Of a stretch of DNA of 64,000 nucleotides, positions 27,620 through 39,838 are shown one piece after another (position 1 is the first letter of the stretch; every line of letters starts with the position of its first letter). Under the pieces are notes generated by a model. The model made no database searches, was not told where the DNA came from, and worked only from the letters and a program-made list of their open reading frames with translations. The translations under genes were made by a program, and so were the position numbers. The DNA is from Podarcis vaucheri (Eukaryota), in assembly GCA_965113315.1 (NCBI GenBank), contig OZ220371.1. The stretch is one strand, 5' to 3'.

Positions 27620-30017
27620 CCCATTTAGGCATGAGGCTGGCTGGTTTATCTTCATTCGTTAGTCATGAAAGTCAATACTTTTACACTTATACCCTTATAG
27701 AACTTACAAAATACATACTATGGATACCCAAACCAATATGTTATTATTCAGAGATACATACCATGCACTTTTCAGTGTCTCCTGACAATGATTGGTTTTG
27801 TAGGTCCTTCATTTTCTATCCTTGTGAGTTTAAGATTTTGGCTCATCTCTCTAATTAGAAACATAAGATTGGATAACTTTTGAGTTTTGTGAAATGGTTC
27901 TGTTTACTTGCAATGGGAAAATGAAGAAGCAATCAACAAAAACATATGACTCTGTGGACACATATTTCACAGTCTCATCCAGACAATTTTTTATATCCTG
28001 CAGAAGTGGGTTTGGAGGCAATTCAAAAGTATCCCTTCTAGGCATGTTTATGTAAGAATGTAATGTGAGATATGAGTTTTGTCTTCTCCATTTTCATGAT
28101 GGATGACCTGATAATGGGTGACACAGTCTATTTCACCTCTGTCTCACTACATAGATGCACTGGGCCATATATACCTTCAAAGCAGTATTCCCTAAAATGT
28201 TTCTATCAGCATCTCCATGATGACCCTCTAGGCATCAAATATGAACAGTGAGAACATGCAAAATTATGCATTTTGGAGATAGTTTTCATCTCCCTTCTTG
28301 CAGAGGTTTGCCAAACTACAACCAGAAGCATATAAGAACTTTTTATTTGGGCAATCCTTCAGTGGTCAGGAGTAGTAAGCATGAGTGATTTTAGCTCCAT
28401 GCATGCTTTTTAATATATTCCACATTTTCAGAATGTATAATACTGTTTTCTACATTGTTCCCATTGGGGACAGCCCAAGTTAAAGATCTAAACATATGTA
28501 GGAATAAAGGCTGAACAGAGAGACCTGTCCTGCAGAGTCTTGCAAAGATAGTTGCCATTTTATGGTTCAATAATACTGAAATTAACAAAATTCATTTATG
28601 ATTAGAAATTCCTTGCAGGGTATGAGTGTGGGTTTTAACCAAAGAAGGTGGAGCATTGACATCCTACATACAGACTTGTTATGGGGGGCGTGATCCAGCT
28701 GGCACAGAATCAGCTATTCGACATCCAGCATGATGAGTAAGGACTCCTAAGAGAATGCAACAATAGAGCAATAATTCAATTTTTCACCCATAATTAAACC
28801 ATCACTATTAGATGTGTATAGCTCTGTGTTGCAGCTTAAACCGGGACCTGATGTGTTCAATTGTTCTGGTTTCCCTATCACATTCATAAATGCATACGTT
28901 ATCCATCTCCCTATTCACAAATGCTTTCCAGCTGCTAAGAGCCTAAAGGTTAAGATTTTCAGTTCGATGCTATAGATTCAGGAAACCATAAGTAAGGTAG
29001 CACCTAGATAACTTGATTATTGTACTCCCCACCTTCCTCAATCAGTTTATGTCCTCTTTTAGGATAGCCTTTAAACTTTTGTTTCAGGGGTTGATAATTT
29101 GATGTAACCTTTGCTTTCTGTCAACAAGCTCAACTTTCTTGCATTTCATCTCCATCCTTACCAGAAAACTTGTGGAAATGCTTCTCTATCTAGATCGAGG
29201 TGGAGAACACTTTTCAGCTTGAGGGCCACATTCCCTTATGACCATCCTTCTGGAGGCCACATGCAAACAGTGGGTGTGACTCAAGTGGGAGTGGTCTGAC
29301 ACACACCACTCTCCATTCTCCATTCAGACAAGAAAGAGGTATTATCACAGTTCAGGAACACATTCCAGTCAAGCAAAAACAGCAGAAGAGGGCACAGAGC
29401 AGGACCAGTGAAGGATATGGCCTGGAAGAGTGTGGTCTGGACTGGGCAGAGTCCTGAGGGCCAGGTAGAGAGACCTGGAGGGCCACATGAGGTTCCTCAT
29501 ACCTGATCTAGGTCAAAGGATCTAAGACACACAAGCTTTGTTACATGCAATCCTTTAGCTTAATTTATCCATGTTAATTTGATCAGGTCACTAGTTTTCT
29601 GCATCAGTTATGCTAGATCAGTAGCTGTCTTTTCCCTTGGTAAGAATAAAGCCAGATGTTCCAAAAAGATGTCCCACTAATTCCCTCAAGCAGCCATTCA
29701 TCTTAAGATATTTGTTTGTCTTTAAGATACCACAAGACATTTTGTCCTCAACATTTGTGTCTCAGCAAGCATGGTAATATCTCACTGTGGCCTGTGCCTC
29801 ATTCTGAAGCCTTCCTAACCTGGGTGGGATTCTCTCTACTCCCTACTTGTAAATACTTACTCCTGCACATGTGCAGTATATCCATGACAACCCCATGCAC
29901 ACATTTTGCAGGATAGTATCTTTGAAGGAAACTGTGAAGTCCTGCCTTACCCATTACCCATTTTATTCAACTTAAGTCGCCCCTTTCTAGTTATCGCAAA
30001 ACCTTGTGTTATAACAG

Positions 30018-31215
30018 ATTTGTTGGAAAACAAAACCCCTAGATGGGTGTCACCAGTGGAGGCTAAAGCAGTGAAGAAACTCAATATGGAGGTCGGATGG
30101 CCGAAGTATTGGGAAATTTTGGAACAGGATGGAGATAAGTTTAAACTACAAAGCCAGGAGAAATTGAAACATAAAGTACAAAATTGGTTTCAATATTGTC
30201 AAATAATGGAGTTTTTTAAACAGGATAGGAAAATTGGCTTCCAGGTGGAAAAATCAAAACTAGAAACTGAGTTACTAGAACCCAATACTAAGAATTTATC
30301 TAGAATGTATAACTTGTTGCTGAAATGGAGTACACAGGACGAAACAGTCAAATCGGCTATGATTAAGTGGGCACAGGATGTTGGGCACAATATCATGGCA
30401 GCTGACTGGGAATGGTTATGGAACACTGGTATTAAATTCACGGCATGTAATGCCTTAAAGGAAAATATTATGAAAATGGTTTACAGATGGTACATGACTC
30501 CAGTCAAGCTGGCAAAAATTTATCATTTGCCCGATAATAAATGTTGGAAATGTAGAGAGACTGAAGGCACCTTCTACCACCTCTGGTGGACGTGCCCGAA
30601 GATTAAGGCTTTCTGGGAAATGATCTATAATGAAATGAAAAAGGTACTTAAATGTACTTTTCCTAAAAAGCCAGAGGCCTTTCTCTTGGGCATTGTCGGC
30701 CAATTGGTGTTAAAAAGGGATAGAGCTTTTTTTATGTATGCTACAACAGCAGCAAGAATACTCATCGCGAAGTATTGGAAGACACAAGATCTACCCACTC
30801 TGGAAGAATGGCAGATGAAAGTGATGGACTATATGACATTGGCTGAGATGACAGGCAGAATCCGTGACCAACGAAAGGAGACGGTGGAAGAAGATTGGAG
30901 AAAATTTAAAAGCTATCTTAAGGACTATTATAAACTTAATGAATGTTAAAGTGTTGTGGTTTTTAGAAATAAAGGGATACAGTGATATAAGGTCAGAATA
31001 TAGAGAGGAATAAGATGACAGAGGGTGGAAGTAACAATTGGGAGTTGCTAAAAATTATGGACATTGGGATGCAGAAAGGGGGGGGAAGGGGAAGTCCAAG
31101 AAAAGAGGCTTATGAAAATATGTTATGAAACTATACGTGTATGTTTGTCTTTTTAAGTGTTTGTTCGTTATTTAAAAACTTTGTAAAACCAATAAAAATT
31201 TTATTAAAAAAAATA
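30018..31215 (+). mobile_element. 5'-truncated L1: intact ORF2 C-terminal ~310 codons plus 3' UTR
   Basis: CCHC knuckle CWKCRETEGTFYHLWWTC, stop at 30949, AATAAA at 31191, A-tail, and TSD tataacag (30010-30017, 31216-31223). Confidence 0.93.
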
Positions 31216-31293
31216 TATAACAGTTACAATGAGTTTTCAAAATAAAAAAATTCCTTCCAGTAGCACCTTAAAGACCAACTAAGTTAGTTCTTG

Positions 31294-31331
31294 GTATGAG
31301 CTTTCGTGTGCATGCACACTTCTTCAGATAC
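31294..31331 (-). ncRNA. Minimal type I hammerhead ribozyme motif, inverted copy
   Basis: Exact reverse complement of 31498-31535. Confidence 0.8.
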
Positions 31332-31497
31332 ACTGAAACAGAAGTTGCCAGGTCCTGTAAGACCTATTGCAGTCGTTAAGAGTCGTCAACAGGCTCATCT
31401 CAGCTATCTGCCAATCTCCCATTCCCACCACCCTTCTGAGTAATACCCCTCTCCACCTTCTCACTATATAGAAGGATCTGGCAACCTCTGTTTCAGT

Positions 31498-31535
31498 GTA
31501 TCTGAAGAAGTGTGCATGCACACGAAAGCTCATAC
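31498..31535 (+). ncRNA. Minimal type I hammerhead ribozyme motif (Penelope pLTR)
   Basis: GUAU-CUGAAGA-A-GUGUGC-AU-GCACAC-GAAA-GC-UC^-AUAC: cores CUGANGA and GAAA, stem I GUAU/AUAC, 6-bp stem II, and a vestigial palindromic stem III (AGCU). Confidence 0.8.
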
Positions 31536-32640
31536 CAAGAACTAACTTAGTTGGTCTTTAAGGTGCTACTGGAAGGAATTTTTTTTATTTTGACTATGGC
31601 AGACCAACACGGCTACCTATCTGTAAATGAGTTTTCAAATATGCATTATATCAGCCTTCCCCAATTTGGTGCCCTCCAGATGTTCTGGACTGTTAACTCA
31701 TCTCATACCTGACCATTGGCCATGCAGATTGGGTCTGATGGGAACTGTAGTCCAAAACATCTGGAGAGCACTAGGTTTGGGGAATGCTGCTTTACGTAAT
31801 AGCTCATTGATTCTTTCTGGTCCCTGCAGGTTATAAGAGAACCTCCTCCCTTACCTTCTAACCTACTCCAAAAAATGATTCATGCTAGCTGCTTAGCAAA
31901 GACAAAAATCTGTCACCTGTGAAACAGATAACAGTATGTGCTGCTGTAAACACAGCCAATGTAACAGTAGACCACATGCTAGTTTCTTCTCATTTGGGTC
32001 AGTTTGGGTGCTGAGGCATCAGCCACAATCAATTCTTCTCCACTGTTCTCACTAACACATTCCTAACATTCTAGCAGACAGCCTTCTCTCTGTTATTCTT
32101 GATTTATTTTTTACTCCTTCTTTCCTAATTGTTTTAAGATACTTGACGCTTTTTGCAGCATGACATTTTGCTGACTTATGAGCAGCTCAAAACAGATGCT
32201 TGCTAGGAAAACAGCTGAGATTAAAACCATGCCTTTTGTTTAGGCCTAGGTGGAGTGCTTCTGGGAAGCCAGTTTCTAATGGTTCATCTGGTTACAGGAT
32301 GTTGCTTTAGGGCTAGGGGTAATGGAAGCATTTAGCATGTTTTTTGCCTCCAAAAGAAGGACCCTTAAGAGAGTTGCTGGCCATCAGAATTGCTGGTTGT
32401 CAGCAGATGCTATCATGAGTAAATAATATTTGAAAGCTCATATTTTAAAGTGTTTAACTGCATTCCTATAATAAAAACCATTTCTGAAAGGTATCTCCTT
32501 TATGATAACTTAGGGCACTATCCAGTTACCGTAAATTTAAACTACTTTTCAATCTGATTGGTTTCAAAAGGAAGCCACTTTAGGGCAAAACTACATGTGA
32601 TACTTGCCTTTCAAGACAAACTTTTTCTTTTTTCTTTATA

Positions 32641-32996
32641 GGGATGTGGGTGGTGTTGTGGGTTAAACCACAGAGCCTAGGACTTGCCGATCAGAAGGTC
32701 GGCGGTTTGAATCCCCGTGACGGGGTGCGCTCCCGTTGCTCGGTCCCAGCTCCTGCCCACCTAGCAGTTCGAAAGCACGTCAAAGTGCAAGTAGATAAAT
32801 AGGTACCACACCTGCGGGAAGGTAAACGGAGTTTCCATGCGCTGCTCTGGTTCGCCAGAAGCAGCTTAGTCATGCTGGCCACATGACCAGGAAGCTGCAC
32901 ACCGGCTCCCACAGCCAATAAAGCGAGATGAGCGCCGCAACCCCAGAGTCGGTCACAACTGGACCTAATGGTCAGGGGTCCCTTTACCTTTACCTT
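32641..32996 (+). mobile_element. Full-length Sauria SINE
   Basis: tRNA-like head, body ctagcagttcgaaagcac..gtagataaataggtacc, (acctt)n-type tail, and a 35-bp flanking direct repeat. Confidence 0.92.
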
Positions 32997-35900
32997 TACA
33001 TGTGATACTTGCCTTTCAAGGCAAACTTTTTTGCTCACAAATTGCCATTATGGAAGGCCAGAATGTGATTGCAACCTTGGCCTACATAGGAGTAGATTGA
33101 GGATCACACACACAGCCCCTAGTGTAAGAGGTACATGAAAATAATGTCACTGACAATAGTATTATTGTGAAGCCATGAGAATGTCCTCAAGAAGAAAACT
33201 GAGCAGGCATTTTTTTTCTTTTCCGTATCCTGTGGTAAATGATGCTACATGACCACTTGATGGAAAATTACATGATCTGAGGATGACATGAGGAAAGATT
33301 TGGGTGAAAAATATTGAGGGTATGCTCTGGTCACTGATGAGGATACATGTCTCCAGGCACTGCAAGCAGTTTATGGTTTTTTTTAAAAAAGGGTTGCATG
33401 AAACAGTGCAGTGTGATTTTATATTTTTAACAAGCTTGCTTCAGTTTGGGAAGATATTTTTACACTGCATCTCTTGAATACCATGAGCTGCTGGCGAAAT
33501 GATCTGTACATTCCACACACTTCTGTGTGTGCATCCCTGTCCCTCTGCACGTTGTTAACCTTCATCCAATAAGGCAAACACCTGAAGAGGGCTAATATCA
33601 TCCCAGGGTAGACCACTGCCTCTGGCAAATACCCTGTGTGTGGTGGTAACTATTAAGACACATGAAGGCACACGGAGGTCATACAGAGTGTTCTTCCACA
33701 ACTGTTGAGCATAAAACAAAGGAGGAAATCTGAGGAGAAACAAAAATATTCTGAATATAAAACCGTAGCCCTGCGAGTGAGCGCATATTGTTGTTCTCCT
33801 ATGCACCAAGGTGAGAAAAGGGGAAAGGTTCTGCAATGAAGGTCAACCCTTTATTTCTGCTCTTAAATTTCCTATAAATTGCTTAGCCTGTGCAAAAATC
33901 AAGTGAGCTTAATGTAACATCCATATGTTCTATGGTTAAGGAGGTTAACCTAACTTTCACAGATTCTTAGGTTCAACTATGGACCGTCTGCATCTGGTCT
34001 TTGTCAAGATTTATTCATTGTTTGGGAGAAATTATGTCCTAGTGTCACAAAGACCATGCAACATAGAAGCACTCTAAAATAAAATATGGTTTTCAACCAG
34101 GCTCAACATTTTATTAGGTTTTCTGCTTTGCAAGGACTGGACAAACCACTTGAAAGTAGACCATTGAGTGCTAACACCCAGACTGCCGAACAAGCCTTCT
34201 AATATTGCTCTCAACAGATAATATTATTTTAGTTTAGGTCTCCGGTGGCTTCGAAACCTAGTATGGAAACTTTTAATGGTTCTCAACCAAGGTGGGTTGT
34301 AAAATAACTAAAAATAGCTCACAGAAACCTTAAGTAATTGTACAAAAAAAGAAAGTGGTCTCACTAAGGTTTCTAGTTGGCAGTCCACCTTGCCAAAAAA
34401 ATAATAATAATTAGCAGCAGCAGCACAATAAGATCTAGAGAAAACCCTTTATCAGCGTAACAGGAACTTGCAGAATGGCTCTGACAACAATCAAAATAAA
34501 AATAGTAGGAGCAACTATTCCAGGGATAAGAACAACCATAAGTATTATTACTTTAAAACTGTAAAACTATCATAGTTTTATCATATTCAGCACAAGCAGT
34601 ATTGTATCCAGATATACTTTATTCAACCTGAGTTTTAAAAATGCACTCAAAATGCACATGATGCTTAAATCTGAAACTAGTTAGTCTGGAGCAAACCCTT
34701 TGACTTGAGGAGTATAAATATATGAAAAGCTTTCGACTATGCTTTTCTTAATAAGGATGATATCCTAATTTGTGGCTTCTCAGAAAGGTAAATTTAATAA
34801 TCTCCTAATGGCCCTTTTTAGTGCATCAACGACTTGCCTAAGGGAATTGGAGCAGATTCTTTCTAACATATTAGAAACTGGTGGAACCCTTGTGTTGTTC
34901 ACATTGGTATATGTCTTTTAATGTCTTTAATATCAAGCATCCTTTCAAGGGAGTTGTAACAGGGGGTTGCAATGAATATTCTCCCATTGCTGCTGAGCTC
35001 AGAAATCAAAGCATGACTAACATTTCAAGGGGACCTACTTTCAGCAAAAACAAAAAACAGAGCTAGAAATGACTGGCTTATGTATGTGCTTGTTCATGCT
35101 ATCAGCTGCTAAATGCTTGCCAACTTTTTTATTTGGTTATTGACCAAAAAAAAAGAATACACAGAGAAAAAGCAATGACTACATTTGTTCTGGTTTAACT
35201 TCAACAGTAGTCCAAGCAGAAAAATAATTGGCTAGCTCTGCACAAAGCAAAGTAGAAATTTGCTTTTGGCTCTCCCCCGCCTCTCTCAATCAGCTAATTG
35301 AACAAGGAAGGTGAATGTAGGCATCCTGTAGGTTTTCTGCAGGATTCTTACCACTTGCTTGGCATTTATTTACTGTTCCAGTATTTTATTTATTGCCCAA
35401 CATTTGACATGGACTGCAAAGCTGAGGGCCTGAGGTTGGGACCTAGGCTGATGGGCTGTCTTAAGAGTATGTTCAGATATCAGAGTCTTCTTGTGAAAGG
35501 TAACATCTGCACTCAGCAGACAGCATAACACCTCTGGATTTTAGGCAGGCCTAGTATAAATGCTAGGAGTGTAGCCTTCTGCCCTTGATAAGTCAACAGA
35601 ACATTTCCTTTTTCTGCAGCCCCAGGCCCCACCTTCCCTTGTTGGCCACTTACACTTCATCCTCCAAAGTGGGGGACACCGAAAAAGGGGCACAGATTTG
35701 CATAAGCTAATGTGTTTCTATATATGCCAATTTAGATGGGGAAATACTACAATTTAAATAGAAATACAAGACACTTCACCATAGGAAGGAGGTTTGTGCC
35801 CAGTTGACCTATGCACTTGCTTAGTCTGCTGTCCAGATGTGAAGTGCTGATGGACAACTTTAAAGCCTCTGCTCTTATTTGTTCTGGTTATCTTTAAACG

Positions 35901-36309
35901 AGTCTTCTACTGGAGAGTCCTTCAAATAAAGAACTGTCCTCTATAAAAATTCTACATGTGGCCCCTCTATTCCATATCCAGCCTTCCTGCTCAAGCCCCA
36001 GCTCCAGCAACTATTTCCAGCAGCCCTCAGCTAGAGAACACACTCCTAGATATAGCAGTGACTACTTTCTACTGTGGGTGTCTGGAGGAGTTTGTGGACG
36101 CTTTTCTGCACTTGTCACATTGGTGCTATTCCACTCTGTGATTGCAGTGCTGAAGACCATTCTAACTGCCCTTATGAATGATGGTTTTTTTCCCATTTCT
36201 CTCCCATCACTGGTGACTGGTCTAAGGGAACCTTAGACTGCCCGTGCCTGCCTTCTTGCTTACAAAATGTCAGAGGCTGATTCTGCCTCACATTGGCTCT
36301 GGTTCCATC

Positions 36310-36373
36310 TATTATTTATTTATTTATTTTTAATGAATGCATGAATGAATGAATGAATGAATGAATGAATGAA
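36310..36373. repeat. (TTTA)n and (GAAT)n simple repeats
   Basis: Direct tandem repeats. Confidence 0.85.
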
Positions 36374-37150
36374 TTATCCTGCTGTTTCTCCTAAAAGAAC
36401 CCAGGTCTCTGTGCCTTCTGCTCTACCAATCCCAACAAGCACCAGCCAAGACTATTTGCCTTGGAAGGGATGCAGGTAACAGGGTCAATGTAGATGAAAA
36501 CTGACCGAGAGAGAAAGCTTCTGTGGCGGTTTCATTCCAGCAACTGAGGTTGTGGCCTGTCCTCTATTCTTCCTGATTATTAAAAGGGCAGGGGGTGGAG
36601 TGTCTTGTCTCAAAGCACCATCTAAACCATTCACAAATGGGGAAAGGGGAAGAGAGGTATCACTATGATCTCTCTCTCTCTTTGTCCCTCCCTCCTCCTG
36701 AACCTACCATTCCTTGTCCCAGAGTTCCAAAAGGAGCAAAATGTAGTAAGATAGAAAAAGAGGAAAAGTAAACAATAAATTCAATTGTTGTTGTTACTTA
36801 AGCAAGTAAGTAAGTAATAAAAAGGGAGATATGGAGCTTAGACGAGCTCCAAGAAAAATAATAAAAAATGAGCCCTGACTTATTCTGAGGACATGGAAGG
36901 GCAGGAAAGCCTTCCCTTGGGAAAATTAGCAGTCAACTTTGCCTTTTGCTAGGAGAAGGCATTTCCCTCAAAATAAAACCTGCCATCTCCCAGCCCGACT
37001 ATGCTCCCAAACATGCTTTTACATCAAACAAAATAAAATGATCACAAACAAATTACTGTTGATTAATATACTTTCAAAAGCAGAATGTTGATTTGCAATA
37101 AACGAGTTTCTGTGAAGCATTTAGTGACTCAAGGAATACTTATTTAGCTC

Positions 37151-37441
37151 CGAGCTCCTGTTGTTTTGTCCCAGCTCCTGCCAACCTAGCAGTTCGAAAG
37201 CACACCAATGCAAGTGGATAAATAGGTACCACTGCGTTGGGAAGGTAAACGGTGTTTCTGTGCACTCTGGTTTCTGTCATCGTATTCCATTGCATCAGAA
37301 GCAGTTTAGTCATGCTAGCCACATAACCTAGAAAGCTGTCTGTGGACAAACACCAGCTCCCTCTGCCTGAAAGTGAGATGAGCGCTGCGCCCCATAGTCA
37401 TCTTTGACTGGACTTAACTGCCCAGGGTTCCTTTAACTTTA
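37151..37441 (+). mobile_element. 5'-truncated older Sauria SINE
   Basis: Collinear with 32730-32996 (cccagctcctgccaacctagcagttcgaaagcac...cctttaacttta). Confidence 0.85.
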
Positions 37442-39620
37442 TCTAATGTAGCTGGCCTTTTTTGAACAATATATTTATTGGTGTTCTGATTGAAAACAAC
37501 AACAAGCAAACATAAATTCAGGCAGCATAGACCATTGGGATATCTGTATTTTAAAGCAAGGCACTCTGGTGGGCTAAGTTATCCTGTTTCCTGTCTTAAA
37601 CCTGGACCTCAGTTGTGTGCAAAGAACCCAGTTTGTTCATTTATTTTTTATTTAGATCCTGCTTTTCCATTTATATGTCCAGTGACTGCATGTACAAACC
37701 CATGATTTCTTTTTTTGCAGAAATTGCAAAACTCCAAACCAGAAATAAACAGGGACTGATCATCCTTCCATGACTGCAATGTGTTTCTCAAATTTACAAG
37801 CAGGTTGCTGGGTACATGAATAGTAATGTTTTACAATAAAATTTAGAACAAAATTTTACAAAAGTCATGCTCACTATTTTTAATTGCTGTATCAACTACA
37901 TCATTTAGCCAATTTGAATAACCAAGTTTGGATAATCAAGTTTAGCAACTGTGCTAATAAAGAAGTAAATCTGGAACTCTACATATTCCATTAGGGAATT
38001 TCTAAGTGTACTCTAGGTTCTTTTTTAGCAACCTATTTAAAATTGTTAAGCTTTTGTTAATACTCTTTCAAGAATTCCTCAGAAAGTAAATTTGGCAATT
38101 AAAAAATAGAAAATTCAGCTTGGGTAGGATAGACATTTTTAATGGTGTTTATTCTACTCGAAAGGGATAAGTTTCAGCTAAATGATACTTTTAACTTTGA
38201 GTCAATTTTCTTAATTAATGGTTGGGCATTATTGTTATAAAGATCCAGACTGCAGATAGACATATAGTGAGATAGCTTATCAGTCCTTTTGAGCAGTGGA
38301 ATCAATTTATCTAAAAATGTGCCTGGAGCAATAATTCTCTCTTTAACATCTCAGAATGTTTGGTTGTTTTAAATTTATTACCTCATCTTATATATAGTGT
38401 ACACGTGTAGATCCCATGTTGCCTCAAAGAAATCAAAAGATGTAACTGCTCCAAGAAATGTCTGGCTGTGTAAGAACAGAATGTGACTTTCCCCTCAAAC
38501 ATCCAGACTGCACATTCCCTCAAAAGTTATACACATCTGAGTAAAACCATCTAAATACTACAATATTCCATATTTCTGCCATTGATTTATACATTTCCTT
38601 CTAACATATTTATTTTCACCCATTTCATATCCACTTTCTTGCTCAACCATTCTGCAACATTCAGTCGCTCTTAAAAGGGAAGATAAAATTTGCTACTAAA
38701 GACATTCACATGAAGTAAAATCATATGTTATTCCCCTTTCCCAAATTTGCTCATATTCATGTACTATGAATTAAAATTCAGCCCCATAAGTCTTCATTAT
38801 TCTGGCATTTAATCATATGGAAAATGTGGTAATTTAATTAAAATAAGTAACATAGGTTGGATGTCCCTTGGGATGCAAACCAAGGGAAAATGATCTAATC
38901 CACCGGGTTTCCATTTTGAAAATGTATTAATATTAGACCACAAGACCACAGCAAAAAATGCTGTTCGTTTGCAATGCTGTAATCTGATGCTGAAACAATT
39001 TCAATAGAGGAAGCCAAAATGTACACTGTTCTGTCTCAGTGTCTGCACCAGGCGCTTGTCAAAGTATAATGTGACCTAGAAAGATCTTATAAGAACGCAA
39101 GCATGGCATTGCTTTTGATCAATTCCTGAACAAAACTCATGGATGGGAGTAAGATACAGGTGATGGAGAGAATACCCACAGGCATATTTTAGCTTTGGAG
39201 ACTTGCTAACAGCTAGATTAGTTTCCTAGACATGCAGTACTTTACATATTGCTTCAGGTTAAAAGAAAATTATTGTAACATAATATTCGAGGGTCAAAAA
39301 ACTTGTGTGTCCCGCTGAATTTCCACTTTCTCCAAGATTAGAGAGGCATTTACTATAATACTACTAGTTGAGATTTATACATAACCAGATTGGCAGATTT
39401 GACCTGCTCACTGAGCAAATATTTTCCTGTTCACAAACACCAAATCCAGAGTGTTTGTTAGAAATCTTTCTTAACAAGAATCATATTAAACCATTTTGAT
39501 AGATAAAGTGATAGCTTAAGGTGGCTCCTGCATGCATGTTTCTATTCTGAAGACTGAGTTGGTGAATGATCCGTCACAGACACGCCTTTTACCAAAATAA
39601 AAATTGTAAATGTGCATATA

Positions 39621-39838
39621 CAGTAAGCCCTCAACTTACACACATTTAACTTGTGGGCATTCAACTGTGGCAAAAAAATAAAAATAAAAAATTGAAAATT
39701 GAAAGGGGGCAAGGTTCCAGAGAAAATGACTTTGGCAATCCCACCTGTCATTGATTCCAATGGGCTTTGACTATACGTGATTTTGGCTTTAGACGCAATT
39801 CCCTAAATGTAAATCCTGCATAAGTTGTGGGCTTAGTG
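39621..39838. mobile_element. Tc1/mariner-type MITE (different family)
   Basis: TIR cagtaagccctcaactta / taagttgtgggcttagtg with TA flanks. Confidence 0.75.

Larger units (their letters stand above)
31242..31625 (+). mobile_element. Penelope-like element: truncated pseudo-LTR preceded by an inverted partial pseudo-LTR
   Basis: ~117-bp inverted arms (~31238-31355 and ~31473-31592), 3' extension actatggcagaccaacacggctacctatctgt, and TSD aatgagttttcaaa (31228-31241, 31626-31639). Confidence 0.88.

Noticed and set aside
29906-30949. 347-aa ORF as a host gene
   Set aside because: It is the L1 ORF2 C-terminus fused by chance to ~37 codons of flanking DNA (non-ATG start), upstream of the TSD.
33238-33365. 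CUGAUGA plus a short stem as a hammerhead, or nearby C/D-box-like words as a snoRNA
   Set aside because: No GAAA core follows the stem, and there is no canonical C box or terminal stem.
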